A stretch of DNA of 64,000 nucleotides from Eledone cirrhosa (GCA_964016885.1 OZ024763.1:6572001-6636000), one strand, 5' to 3'. Shown: positions 12,842 to 27,378, counted from the stretch's first letter. Numbers and translations are program-made. Notes: generated from the sequence alone by a model not told the origin.

Positions 12842-13070
12842 CTAAATTGACCCCACCTTCTGCTTCGTTTATTCATGTTTCTACGCTTGGCTCTTAACGT
12901 CCTGCAACGCGTGAAGCCCCACGTGGAAGGCTTATCTCGAAATGTACATAACAGCATTATCACTGAGTCACATTAACAACTAATGACTTTATTCTAATAC
13001 TGAAAATTTCCACAACAATCTGTCCATCAGTAAAAACACTATAAACATTTAGTACAAAACAACACTATGA

Positions 13071-13990
13071 TACTACTACTTCTTAGTCTTCTTCTTTGCT
13101 CACTTATTTCTGAGAGGGTCATGGGGTCAGAGTCCTCAAACACTCCCTCCAGTGGGTCCTGTCAGAAACAACCATCTCCAACTAATCCAGCTGGATCTCC
13201 AAGTGAGACCAGCTAAGCTCTTGGATGTTATCCAACCGTCTTGCTTGGCGAGGGTCTACCCCGGGGTCTCTTACCGGTTGACTTTGCCCGTAAAATCTGT
13301 CCAGTGATTAATTCCTGAGACATTCTAACCACATGCCCATAGTATCAGATCTGTGATCTCTCAATTCAGAGAAGTAGCAGCTCTACCTGGAGTGACTCTC
13401 TCATCTCTGAGCTACAAATCTGTCCAGTGATTCTTTCCTCAGACATTCTAACCACATGTCCATAGTATCAGAGCTGTGATCTCTCAATTCAGAGAAGTAG
13501 CAGCTCTACCTGGAGTGACTCTCTCATCTCTGAGCTACAAATCAGTCCAGTGATCCTTTCCTGAGACATTCTAACCACATGTCCATAGTATCAGAGTTGT
13601 GGCCTCTCAATTCAGAGAAGTAGCAGCTCTACCTGGAGTGACTCTCTGTTCTCCGAGCTACACTTTATCAAGTAACGTTACTCCAAATACCCTTCGGAGG
13701 AATCCCATTTCGGCCGCTTGTATTTGTGATCGTATTCTTTCGGACATTACCCAAGATTCATGACCATAGGTAAGGGTTGGCATGAATACCGATATGAAGA
13801 TAGCAAGTTTGGCTTTTACACCTCCTGAGTACTGAAGCTGGCGCATTACTGTACCAGCTGCAGCAATTCTTGCACTTAACTTAGCCTCCTGCCTTCCACC
13901 ATTCGTGAACACGTCCCCAAGATACTTGAACTTCTCTACCTGCTTCAGTGGAACTCCAGTCACATGCACCGTGCCACTATGCAGGCTTTC
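13071..13990 (-). mobile_element. RTE-clade LINE 3' fragment with internal 123-bp triplication
   Basis: VEKFKYLG..SARIAAAG..PTLTYGHESW..IQAAEMGFLRRV are RTE RT C-terminal motifs. Short GAA/GTA repeat tail. Three 123-bp copies start at 13293, 13416 and 13539. Confidence 0.85.
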
Positions 13991-15326
13991 TCGAGAGACA
14001 TCATATTAAATATTAAAGTTTTTATTCTAGTACTGCAGATCTTCACTACTATCTGAAAACTAGTAAAGATACTATAAACATTTGAATTAAAAACCCACAC
14101 GAAACCATATTTGCAGGACATTCTTGAAAAGGACAAAACAACATTATGACTACATCACATTACATTTTAAAGTAAATTTTCACAACAATCCGTCCACCAG
14201 TAAAGACACTATAAACATTTGAATTAACAAACATGTTTTTAAATGATAATCAAGAGTTTGGAGGGGTTTCGTAATGCAGCTAATTTTCTCATTAGCAACA
14301 TAACTAAGTTGATGTTTGGAATATAACTTAACAAAGGTTCTTACATAATATTATGGTGAAAGGTTTGAAAATAAATGTAAACACTTTTAAAGAAACAGTT
14401 TTGTATGGTAGAATGAAGGAAAAGAGTTAAGTTGGTTTTTGGAACATAATTTAACAAAGGTTCTTACATAAAATTATGATGGAAGCTTTCTTTAGTTAAA
14501 TAAAAACACTTTAGAATAAACATTTTCGTCTCCTAGAAGGAGGGGTGGTAGTTTCAGGGGGTTTAGTATCAAAGGGGTGGAACCTAATATATATATTTGT
14601 GGTGAGTACTTTCTCACACAAATTATATATTGTACAGATGTCCCCCCCTTACCTACCAAACACGTCACTTACGTTAGCCCCCTTAAATGTATGTATGTAT
14701 GTATGTATGTATGTATGTATACACACGTATGTATGTATATGTATATATATATGTGTATATATTTGTATGTGTGTGTGTGTATATATGTATGTACATATGT
14801 ATGTATGTGTGTATGTGTGTGTGTGTATATGCATGTATGTATGTACGTATATATACACACACGTATGTGTGTGTATGTATATATATATATGTGTATATAT
14901 GTATGTATGTATAAATATATAAGTATGTGTATATATGTATGTATATATAAATATATGTATGTTTATAAATGCATGTGTATATACATGTATTTTTACATAT
15001 ACATACATAAATATATATATATATATATATATGTGTAAATGTATGTATGTGTGTGTATATATATATATATACACACACGAAATAAACAACAGACTCCACT
15101 ATTTTGTCATTTTATAACCATTTCCTATCAATGGCGGGATGGGTTGTTTTTTTTTTTTTTATATTTTTTGAAAGCAAAATCAAGAAAACCAAACCAAACT
15201 AATTTTGACATGTTCTACTTATGACGTGATAACAACACTGAAGTATCAACAATTATCATTTAGAAGACAGCAGCTCTTTGAAGGGTTGGGAGGAAAGGAT
15301 TCTATTTTCACCTACTTCAGTCTATC

Positions 15327-15362
15327 TGCTACTACTACTACTACTACTACTACTACTGCTAC

Positions 15363-15397
<35 letters not shown>

Positions 15398-15439
15398 CTG
15401 CTGCTACTACTACTCCTACTACTACTACTGCTGCTGCTG

Positions 15440-15495
<56 letters not shown>

Positions 15496-15508
15496 GTTGC
15501 TGCTGCTA

Positions 15509-15540
<32 letters not shown>

Positions 15541-15559
15541 ACTACTACTACTAGTACTG

Positions 15560-15595
<36 letters not shown>

Positions 15596-15724
15596 GTACT
15601 ACTACTACTACTAGTACTACTACCACTACTACTACTACTACTACTACTGCTGCCGCTACTACTACTACTACTACTACTACTACTGTTGCTTCTACTACTA
15701 CTGCTACTATGGCTGCTGCTGCTG

Positions 15725-15797
<73 letters not shown>

Positions 15798-15800
15798 AGC
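15327..15800. repeat. (CTA/CTG)n trinucleotide microsatellite
   Basis: Direct inspection. Confidence 0.95.
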
Positions 15801-16709
15801 CACCGTTTGTACAATTCTCCCACCCTCCAATGGCACCCCGTTACTTGTTCACCTCACCACACCTCGCCTTATCTGCCACAATGTCACGTCTTTAACTTTC
15901 TTCTTTAGTTAAATAGTAGCCACTGTGTGTATGTGTGTATGTCTGTGTGTGTCTGTGTGTGTGTGTGTGTATGCCTCTGTGTGTATCTGTGTGTGTGTAT
16001 CTGTGTGTATGCCTCTGTGTGTATGTGTGCCTGTGTGTGTGTCTGTGTGTATGCCTCTGTGTGTGTGTGCCTGTGTGTGTGTGTATGTCTGTGTGTATGC
16101 CTCTGTGTGTGTCTGTGTGTATGCCTCTGTGTGTGTGTGTCTGTGTGCCTGTGTGTGTCTGTGTGTATGCCTCTGTGTGTGTGTGCCTCTGTGTGTGTGT
16201 GTGTGTGGGTGTGCCTCTGTGTGTGTGTGTCTGTGCCTGTATGTATGTGTGTGTGCCTCTGTGTGTATGTGTGTGTATTCGTGTTGTGTCGTCTGTTGTA
16301 TCTTATTTTTCTATTCAAAATTGATTTAACATTGATGATAAAAATAGCAGACGACTTCATCCATCATGGCCACTTCTGGCTGTTATAAACGTTTTCGTCT
16401 ACTTCCACCTTCAGACCCCCCCCCCCCCCCCCATTCCCCACTACTCCCACCACCACCCCATTCCCCACTACTCCCACCACCACCCCATTCCCCACTACTC
16501 CCACCACCACCCCATTCCCCACTACTCCCACCACCACCCCATTCCCCACTACCCCCACCACCACCCCGTTCCCCACTACTCCCACCACCACCCCATTCCC
16601 CACTAATCTACTCCACTCTTCTCTCTCAAATATCTACATGGACATTTAATGTTATCAAATGACAAGACACTCTTTATACAGTATATATATACACGTGCAT
16701 GTATATATT

Positions 16710-16752
<43 letters not shown>

Positions 16753-16793
16753 CTCACTCATGTATGTATATATACACTCAATATAGATATACT

Positions 16794-16833
<40 letters not shown>

Positions 16834-16879
16834 TCACACATGTATGTATATATGTATGTGTATGTATATATACTCACAC

Positions 16880-16938
<59 letters not shown>

Positions 16939-17096
16939 AGCAAATTATAAATGTAAACATGTAAGTATGTTTTTGAAACGGTGCGCGAGTTTGAAATTAG
17001 AAATTATAAGCTTTCACCGTATTTTAGACTAAAGAAATTTCTAGCCTGATAGTGGGGTTTATAACCCTCGGAGAATATATATATATATATTTATAT

Positions 17097-17146
<50 letters not shown>

Positions 17147-17255
17147 GAAAGGTATAGAAAACATTGTAGCAAAAGCCAACAGTATTCCATATATATATAT
17201 ATATATATATACAATGATATTAAATAAATGGAAACTATATTTATAAAACCATATT

Positions 17256-17318
17256 TATTTTATTATATATATTTCAAGGGTACCAAAACACTTTGGTACG
17301 CTTTCTTCAGATAAAATA
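17256..17318 (-). ncRNA. Type I hammerhead ribozyme (minimal stem III)
   Basis: rc: TATTTTAT CTGAAGA AAG-C-GTACCAAA-GTGT-TTTGGTAC-C-CTT GAAA TATATA TA ATAAAATA. 8-bp stem I, 11-bp stem II, intact core, AUA cleavage triplet. Confidence 0.85.
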
Positions 17319-17755
17319 CAAAGTTTGTTTTATAAATAGAGACATACCCAGGAAAATCATACCTTATCAGTTGGATATTCTCTGGATAGTGGAAATGTAT
17401 AATGGATTTTTCAAACTTATGGGTGAATATGCAAATGAATATGTAAATAATTGAAAAACAACCGTTTATTTAAACGACTATGGAGAGTTTAGATATAGAA
17501 TATATAATAGTAAGAAAGAGAAGAGTGAAGAGTGAAGGACAAAATAGTGAAAGAGAGAAGAAGGAAAAAAGCGAAGATGAATGAAAAGCTCTTATAACGT
17601 TAATTTGAGGGAAATATATTCGAACAATTATCTAAGTATATATGTAAGTATATATTTTAATAGTATGTGTAATTAGATTAAAAGGATATTTTACGATTAT
17701 TAGTTGTTTAAAATTTGTTTATAATATAATATGAGTTACGAGGGATGTTTTTGTT

Positions 17756-19642
17756 GTTTTAAGTAGATAAATAAATAAACAAATAAATAGATGGGTATAT
17801 CATGTTATAGATAGTTGTTTTAATGAGTTATGAGGGATATTGGTTTTGTATTTTACGTAAATAAATATGTATTTAAAATTGAGAATGATTTAAAATTAAA
17901 TTAAATTAAATTAACAGTTAAGTAATAATATTTATATTTATATGATTGAAAAGGGAAGATAAGGAAAAAACTCCGATTTTATTTATTTATTCGTTAGTTG
18001 AGACTATTTAGTCAAAATAAGTATGGATGTTTAAGATACATTTAGCCATAATCAGTTAGTGGCTATTAATCTACATTTAAATAATAGCTTTAGAGGGTGT
18101 CAATTGTACTTAATAAAGACTTAAGAATTATGAAATTAAGAAAATAAAAAAAAATTAAAAAATTAAAAAATTAAAAAATTAAAAAAAATTAGAAAATTAA
18201 AATAATTAGAAAATTAAAAAATTTTGAAAATTAAAAAATTTTGAAAAAAAATTCTGAAAAAAAAAAAAAATAGAAAAAAAATTTTTTTTTAATTTTTTGA
18301 AATTATAGAAAAAAAAATTTTTTTTTTAAATATGAGAAAATTAAAAAAAAATTTTTTTTTTAAATTAAAAAATTTTTTTTTTAAATAAAAAAAAAAAAAA
18401 GTAAAAAAAAAAAAAAATTATCAAAATTAAAAATTATAAAATTAGAATTATATACGTATATATTATATGAACATTTTTAAGAAATGGAAGTTTTCCGTGC
18501 GGTTAAAATGCATTTCTTCACTAGATATATCTGTATGTTTAGATGCATAGATAAGGACTTTATTAAGTAAACTAGGAGCAATAGAGGAGTAGTAATTTGC
18601 AATATCCATTTGAATGAATTTTTTGTTAATGTTTAAATTTTATGTTATTGAACCAATCTATAACCTCATTAGTACCGTTCCATAGTTTTAGGTAAGATAT
18701 TTCTTTAAGTTGCGGTATGATTCTATCTAATATATGTTGACTATGTCTAAGTCTGATTTCGATGGTGCTATAAGTCTGACTGGTAGTTCTATTTCAAAGT
18801 TTCTTTTGTGGTCTTTCGGGTTAATTTTCGGTTTTCTAGGTATAAAGGGTTCGGTCCTATTTTCGATGCCTAATTTATGAATTATTTCAGAAGCTTCTCT
18901 ATTTAACGTTTCAAGATCTTCATTAGTTGTTATTTTGTAGTTTTTCCTTAGTTCTTTCAATATAAAGTTATTGTATTCGTCCAACATTTACTGTACTTCC
19001 ACTTCTTAAAAATGTTCATATAATATATACGTATATAATTCGAATTTAAAAAATTTTTTTTTTTTAAATTACTTTTTAAAAATTTTTTTTTAAATTTTCT
19101 AAAAAATTTTTTCAATATTTTTTCCAATATTTTTTTCAGAATTTTTTTCAAATTTTTTTTTAATATAAAAAAATTTTTTTTTTTCAAAATTTTTTAATTT
19201 TTTAATTTCATTTTTTTAATTTAATAATTTTTTTAATTTTTTAATTTTTTACTTTTTTTAATTTTCTTAATTTCTTAATTCTTAAGTACAATTCTTAATT
19301 ATTTAGTACAATTGACACTAAAGCTATTATTTAAATGTAGATGAATAGCCACTAACTGATTCTGGCTAAATGTATCTTAAACATCCATACTTATTTTGAC
19401 TAAATAGTCTCAACTAACGAATAAATAAATAAAATCGGAGTTTTTTCCTTATCTTCCCTTTCCAATCATATAAATATAAATATTATTACTTAACTGTTAA
19501 TTTAATTTAATTTAATTTTAAATACATATTTATTTACATAAAATGCAAAACCAATATCCCTCATAACTCATTAAAACAACTATCTATAACATGATATACC
19601 CATCTATTTATTTGTTTATTTATTTATTTATCTACTTAAAAC
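17756..19642. repeat. Long inverted repeat (arms 17756-18491 and 18995-19642) enclosing the RT fragment
   Basis: For example, AAGTAGATAAATAAATAAACAAATAAATAGATGGGTATATCATG at 17761 has its reverse complement ending near 19637, and GTTGAGACTATTTAGTCAAAATAAGTATGGATG is mirrored at about 19380-19415. Confidence 0.9.
18486..18990 (-). pseudogene. Penelope-like (probably Naiad-type) reverse transcriptase fragment, frameshifted
   Basis: Across frames: KDHKRNF..PVRLIAPSKS / ILDRIIPQL..LWNGTNEVIDWFNNI / FIQMDIANYYSSIAPSLLNKVL / ARKT. This is the KDHK-RLI.P.KS-W..T..VI.WF-DI..FY.SI pattern of PLE RT N-terminal domains. Clade assignment is from recall. Confidence 0.75.
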
Positions 19643-19781
19643 AGAACAAAAACATCAAGCATTAAACTAATATATTTCTTCATTGTACTGTGTTGCTTGG
19701 TTTGTTGTTTCCATTTGTTTTGCACGCCCCTCTTATATATATATATGTAACCCATTTGCAACGCCGCAGCTCCATTATTAT

Positions 19782-19855
<74 letters not shown>

Positions 19856-19939
19856 AAATGAAGATGGATACAGTAAGAAACGAGCTGGATCATTACTCAC
19901 CAGAGAACTCTGTACTTGGAGTAGTAGAGTATATGACTC

Positions 19940-19994
<55 letters not shown>

Positions 19995-20121
19995 CCCGAC
20001 CACGACACCAAGTGGTATCTCTATACCCACTCTGCATCCCTCCATGCATCGAGTACGTCCATGATTAGTGGTCTCCTCAGTCTCAGCAACGCAGATTGTC
20101 TGCCTCTCTCTCTCTCTCTCT

Positions 20122-20174
<53 letters not shown>

Positions 20175-20251
20175 GTTATTTTCTTCGGAAGAAGAGATAT
20201 TAGTCTCGAAATATCAGGACATCTGAATAAATTAAGGTACACGAGAATATA

Positions 20252-20310
<59 letters not shown>

Positions 20311-20311
<1 letters not shown>

Positions 20312-20432
20312 GGAACCAGTAAGACCCCGACGGCTGAGCTCAAGCCGTTTCGACGGCTAATTCTGGACTGGAATTCAGTCCAGAATTAGCCGTCGAAACG
20401 GCTTGAGCTCAGCTGTCGGGGTCTTACTGGTT

Positions 20433-20435
<3 letters not shown>
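20311..20435. repeat. Near-perfect 125-bp palindrome between (TA)n tracts, carrying HHR 3' halves
   Basis: AGGAACCAGTAAGACCCCGAC...GTCGGGGTCTTACTGGTTCCT with one mismatch and a 5-nt loop. Each arm reads GAAA CGGC-TTGAGCTCA-GC(C/T)G TC GGGG. Confidence 0.9.
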
Positions 20436-20465
<30 letters not shown>

Positions 20466-20689
20466 TAGTATAGCACCCATCCACCATCTGAGTGAGTTTC
20501 TTGGTCAGTGTCTAAGTCTCAGACCCGTACAGCAGCCCAGACTCCACTACAGCAACGAAGAGACAGATCTTCAGGTCCAACTTCCACACCAATCTCAAGC
20601 TGTGGCACGCCGCGCAGACTTTGCTCCACCTCTCAACCACATCATCTTCCGTATTCCCAATCTTTGCTCTCAGAGCTGTACGGGAGCCT

Positions 20690-20980
20690 CTCTAAAGTCA
20701 GCTTGAAAGTGACACAGAGGAGACTGAGGTTAGCTGGACACAGAGGAGACTGAGGTTAGCTGGACACGCTCACCGACATCCAGAGTTGACATTGCACTCA
20801 GTGCTCCTGTGGGAACCCCTGCATGGACACACTGGAAGAGGAAGACCGAGGATGACATATGTTGATGCCCTAAGGACAGACACTGGTCTCTGGGAGGCCC
20901 GGGACATGGCAGCGATAATGAGGGACAGAGACCGCTTAAGAGAACTCGTCCATGAATCTCAGGAATTTTACCCGCCCTAG
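20690..20980 (+). mobile_element. RTE-like LINE 3' fragment
   Basis: RRLRLAGH..VLLWEPLHGHTGRGRPRMTYVDAL..DTG is a typical RTE C-terminus. Local duplication at about 20715-20770. Confidence 0.7.
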
Positions 20981-21041
<61 letters not shown>

Positions 21042-21055
21042 TATATATATATATT

Positions 21056-21091
<36 letters not shown>

Positions 21092-21105
21092 TATATATAT
21101 ATATT

Positions 21106-21205
<100 letters not shown>

Positions 21206-21301
21206 CAGCGAAATCGTATTTCGGCTGTGGTCAAAAACAAAGCGAAAAGCGATTTTCGAGATATGCGGCAAGCGCTCAATGGACTAAAAAGACCAGAGCA
21301 A

Positions 21302-21409
<108 letters not shown>

Positions 21410-21502
21410 TACATATAATACTCTTTTACCTGTTCCAGCCATCCGGCTGAGGCCATGATACAAACATATGCATAAACACACACGCGCACACACACACACA
21501 CA

Positions 21503-21543
<41 letters not shown>

Positions 21544-22068
21544 GTATACAATATATATATACCCCTATCTACAATAGATAGACGTAGTAGATTAATGGGT
21601 ATATGGGATGAAGAGAAAGATAAGAAGCAAGTAGTGAGAGAATGTGATGGGGGGGGGGAGGTGACTAGATGGTCTAATAGAACAGTGAACTATACCCAAG
21701 AGATAGATAGATAGATAGTGGGGGAGGGGGGGGGGGAAGAGGATAGATAGATAGATAGATAGAGGGGTAGGAGGAAGATAGATAGTGGGGTAGGATGGTG
21801 AGGGGGGAGGATGCCGAAGAAGGTCTCAGTGAAACTTAAGTCAACAATAAACAAGGAGACACTAATGCTTTTTGTAGTCATTAAAATAGCTTTGGTATTA
21901 AAGTAGTGCTTCAACGTCAGCACACACACACACACACACACATAGATGTGTGTGTGTATATATATATACACACACACATATATATATGTATGTATATATA
22001 TGTGTGCGTATATATATGTATATATATATATATGTCTGTATATATACATCTATATGTATATATGTGTG

Positions 22069-22190
<122 letters not shown>

Positions 22191-22389
22191 GGTGTGTGGA
22201 AGTGTATGTATGAGATGTATTTAAGTTCTCAGAATTCAATCCAATCACGAAAAAAGTGTGTGTATGTAAGTGTGTACGTGTGTATATATATATGTATGTG
22301 AGTATGTATATATATGCTTTTTAGGCGGTTACAACAAGGTTCACACACTATCTCACATACACACAGAACACAGAGAACACTGAAAGTAC

Positions 22390-23215
22390 TCAATATCTGA
22401 AGAATTAGAGTATGTAAGAACTTAGTGGATGTTTTTTGAAAGTGATCTATTTGAGATGATAAGGAAAGCAATATTTCCTTCTCACATGAACACCTTCTCA
22501 AGAACCTTTAAAAAACGTAGAATAACTCTTTGAAACTAGCAGAAAATACTTGTTTACTCTGACAAGACAAGAGATCTTTTTGAAGCTGACATATTCACAC
22601 ATTACAAGCTTATTTCAAACAACTTTACAAACAGATAGATATAACCCAAACCTTACGCTAATACCTATCACGCAGTACATTAAAAGGCAGAAACATTAAC
22701 CAACAGATCCAGATAGATGATAGAACGGTGTGTTTAGCTTCATGTAAACCTCATCTTACGTCTAAAGATCATAAAGATAACTTTCTAGATGACATCTGTT
22801 GTGAATACATACTATTAAAGGTAGATGCTTTTCCTTCAGACTTAAATAAATCCGTTTATTTACTGTGGTCTATCAAATTCCCTTTGGCACAATAAAATAA
22901 CTCCTTCCTTGTTGTGCCATTTGTCATGGAATGGACATGGAGTTAAGTTTGGTACAAATATGTTAGGGTTAAATAAAGGACGAAGGAGAGTTATAGTTTC
23001 TTCTTTTGATGTGAGAATATAATTATTTAGATTGTTGATGTAGTTGTAGCTGACTATCAAAGATCTCTTGTTTTAGATCTTGTGTATATCTGTAGAAGAG
23101 TTTAGAAACGGTTTTGCAATATTGGCTGCCACACCCAAGCTAAAGGGAGGACCAAACCTAGCTAATGTTACGTTTCTCTGCTTCTTATGGATTTGTGAGA
23201 CGCTGCCGAATGGCA
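22390..23215 (-). mobile_element. Heavily decayed non-LTR retrotransposon RT remnant (CR1/L2/Jockey-like)
   Basis: Only scattered motif echoes (REFD like KAFD, TDV like ADD, Y.LI..LEY-like), with many stops. Confidence 0.35.
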
Positions 23216-23247
23216 TTTACAGTAGCTCCTTGTGGAAACTAATGTAT

Positions 23248-23760
23248 TTTAAACCCTTTCATTACCATATTTCCATCGAAAGGCACAGCCTATGTCTTTA
23301 ACCCTTTCATTACCATATTTCTGCTGATAGACACTGTCTATGTCTTTAACCCCTTCATTGCCATATTTCTGTTGAAAGACACTGTCTATGTCTTTAACCC
23401 CTTCATTACCATATTTCTGTTGAAAGACACTGTCTATGTCTTTAACCCTTTCATTACCATATTTCTGTTGAAAGACACTGTCTATGTCTTTAACCCTTTC
23501 ATTACCATATTTCTGTTGAAAGACACTGTCTATGTCTTTAACCCCTTCATTACCATATTTCTGTTGAAAGACACTGTCTATGTCTTTAACCCTTTCATTA
23601 CCATATTTCTGTTGAAAGACACTGTCTATGTCTTTAACCCCTTCATTTCCATATTTCTGTTGAAAGACACTGTCTATGTCTTTAACCCCTTCATTTCCAT
23701 ATTTCTGTTGAAAGACACTGTCTATGGTTTTCAAATAATATTGAAAATAGCCAAGAATCT
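23248..23760 (+). repeat. 48-bp MITE-end satellite, array 2
   Basis: About 10 copies with the array-specific variant CTGTTGAAAGAC, followed by GGTTTTCAAATAATATTGAAAATA. Confidence 0.9.
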
Positions 23761-23860
23761 GGAGAGTTTTAGTAATATAATTAACTTTTTAAGGAAAAAA
23801 TCCCTCCATTCTATCACGTTTGAATGAAAGATAAATATACCACAAACTCTCTCTCTCTCG

Positions 23861-23944
<84 letters not shown>

Positions 23945-24191
23945 ATATATATATGTGCGTGTGTGTGTTTATTTACCATCTGACAAATATACGTATATCA
24001 GGGTCTACAGATTTATAACACAGGAGTGTATTGAGAAAAACTTATGTTTTTCTTTTGATACCGCAAGATAAACACAATGTGCGTGTGTGTGGTATGTGTG
24101 TGGTGTGTGTGTATATATATATATAGTAATAGAAGTAAGTGTGTATGTATATACGTACGTATGTACGCATGTATGTAAGTATCTATGTATG

Positions 24192-24234
<43 letters not shown>

Positions 24235-24239
24235 GCATG

Positions 24240-24290
<51 letters not shown>

Positions 24291-24355
24291 GCATGTATAT
24301 ATATATATGTGTGTGTGTGCTTGTGTGTGTATGTAGATGTATATTTGTCTATATA

Positions 24356-24422
<67 letters not shown>

Positions 24423-24531
24423 GAGTGTGCTTCATAAATTACATTCAAGTCATTAAGTTTATCTAATCAGGGAATTTAATCTTCTGCTGTATATATTATA
24501 TTAACTTTAGGTTTCCGCAACAACACACCGT

Positions 24532-24593
<62 letters not shown>

Positions 24594-24787
24594 GAAAAAA
24601 TGAGGAAGTTTGGTTTACACACACATGTATATGTATATATATGTATGTATTTATATATATATATATATATGTATATATATACATACATATGTACATATAT
24701 GTATATATGTACATATGTATGTATATATATATGTATATACATGTATATACATATATGTAGATACATATATGTATATATATGTATGTA

Positions 24788-24858
<71 letters not shown>

Positions 24859-24886
24859 GCAGAATACCACGTTGTTGGAATACTGA

Positions 24887-24980
24887 GGCATATCTGAGGA
24901 TCTTTCGATTCCAGAGTCAAGTTCGCTCAATAATAGATCGTTCCTCGAGCTGACCGACAATGAAACATATGTAATATGTT
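24887..24980 (+). ncRNA. Type I hammerhead ribozyme with extended stem II domain
   Basis: GGCATAT CTGAGGA [61-nt insert containing a GTCA-A-GTTCG/CGAGC-TGAC helix] GAAA CATATG TA ATATGTT. 7-bp stem I, palindromic stem III, GUA triplet. Confidence 0.7.
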
Positions 24981-25111
24981 ATTAAATATATTATGCTACA
25001 ACACTGATTCTTTGTTCCCTTATTCTAATATTATTGATACTCTGCTCTGCGTGAGCATTGAGTGCTCACCCGGCATACCGCCTAGAGACGCAATTATCTT
25101 GCACCTATACG

Positions 25112-25143
<32 letters not shown>

Positions 25144-25169
25144 GTTGCGCCCTTGTGGCTAATAAAGAA

Positions 25170-25237
<68 letters not shown>

Positions 25238-25822
25238 GTCAAGGGTGGGACCGATCCGGTTGACCACCGAGTCTATTGTAACGATCAAGCCGCCTCCCCT
25301 CTTCAAAAACGAAAGAGAGGCGGTGTTTCTGTGCGTAATAGCCATGGCGAAAGAGGTTGTATGGTGGACGCGTCTGAAAGGACTGAGGTCAGACACCTTT
25401 CTCTCTGGCCAACAACTGGTCCGTTTCTTCCGATATCATTTTGGAAGAAGGATCAGGATGGAGAGAGAGGTGCTGCACCCCAGCCGTTTTTATGAAAGAT
25501 GGGTGAAAGTGGCGAGAATGGCCCGTGTGAATGGGCCTTCACTCTACATCAGACTATAGGTGAGGAAGATGAAAGACCAAGGGAGCACCCCTTCTCTGTG
25601 CTCCTGAGGAAAAGGGTTGCACACTTTTTTTCGGGGGTGTGTGCGACCCCCCCAAGGCGCCTCCTCTCTATTGAGGATTTTGTTATAAATTCTATTCTGT
25701 TATATATTATTTTATTTTTATATTTTGTTATTGCCTCCTCCTTATTGAGGACGCCTTGTTTTGTAAACTCCCCCCTTTGTACTTGTCCCACTTTTGATGC
25801 CCTGGTGGCAAATAAAAGAAAC
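25238..25822 (+). mobile_element. L1/Tx1-like LINE 3' end inserted in (TATC)n
   Basis: ORF end ..AVFLCVIAMAKEVVWWTR..FFRYHFGRRIRMER..FYERW resembles a Tx1/L1 ORF2 C-terminus. The 3' UTR ends in AATAAAAGAAA, with (TATC)n on both sides. Confidence 0.65.
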
Positions 25823-25823
25823 A

Positions 25824-25885
<62 letters not shown>

Positions 25886-26011
25886 AATATCTATCTATCT
25901 ATCTATCTATGTTTATATATCTATGTTTATATCTATCTATCTATGTATATACATATGACGACCATGAACTTGTTTTGCAAGGTTCTTGATATATTTGTAT
26001 ATATATATATA

Positions 26012-26054
<43 letters not shown>

Positions 26055-26146
26055 ACAAATCTATGGCAAGATAGAGGTAGATAAAGAGATCATAGATAAA
26101 TTAAATAATAGATTGAGAGATACAAATATATATATCTTCTTTCCTG

Positions 26147-26259
<113 letters not shown>

Positions 26260-26485
26260 CTATCATCCATCAAACACTGACTCAATTAGTTAAACAACAG
26301 TACTGGGTTGTTCTCTTTAAATTGTTTATCACCCCCCCCCCCCTCTCTTTGTCTCTGTCCCTTCACTCCCTCTCTTTCACTATCATACATTCATATATAC
26401 TTACCCGCAAATACACTCACCTCTTTCACCCACTCTCTCTCTTTTATTACCCCTGTCTGTCATCTTTCTCTACCCCCTCACTATC

Positions 26486-26555
<70 letters not shown>

Positions 26556-26892
26556 ATTCTCTTTATTTTTCAATTCACATTCCACCGTTGCGAAACTTAT
26601 TTGGGTTTCGAGGTTCAAATTCGTCTACAGAACAGGTTTGAATTTTGAAATTTAAATCTGTCCAGGAATCATGGCCGTTGCCAATATAAGCTTGTCTTTA
26701 TTGACTTATATCGAGACAGACAAATTGTATTCACTTTAATTAGTTTATTTCATTAATAGCTAACTTTGTCTGTTGCAATGTAAACACATTTCGTGTTTAT
26801 CATATATTTTAAATGTATTTAACTGCTCGGAAGAGCCCCTTTTCCTGGAGCTTAATTATTGTAAACGACTGAGAGTTTATTCTCAAAATATA

Positions 26893-26934
<42 letters not shown>

Positions 26935-27339
26935 TAAAAGGAAAAGAAAATGCTGTCAAATTTTTCCCACTGAAAAATAGTTTAATTAGGAATAAGTATA
27001 AATTAGTAATAAGTATTGGTTAGTATTCAGTTTTAGTTTTAAGTTTTTACCGGTTGCGCATTTCTAATGCTTTTCAAAAATAATTTTGAGATAGAGCGCT
27101 CGTGATGTTTGCTCTAATCTGTGTATATATATGTATATACATATATATATATATATATGTATATATGTATATGTATATATATAACAGGAAAAGAGTTTTA
27201 ACGTTTCGTACACTAGTCTTTCATCAAAATAGTTCGATATAGAAGGTAAATAGACAGAAAAGTACGAGAAGAGGAAGGAACGGGGAAAAAAGAGGGAAGA
27301 AGGCGACAAAAACCATACGTGCGTTTTCAGTCAGCCATT

Positions 27340-27378
<39 letters not shown>

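Noticed and set aside
18130-18430. Extremely A/T-rich tract resembling a mitochondrial control region (NUMT)
   Set aside because: No mitochondrial gene or tRNA nearby. It is mirrored as part of the inverted repeat around the RT fragment.
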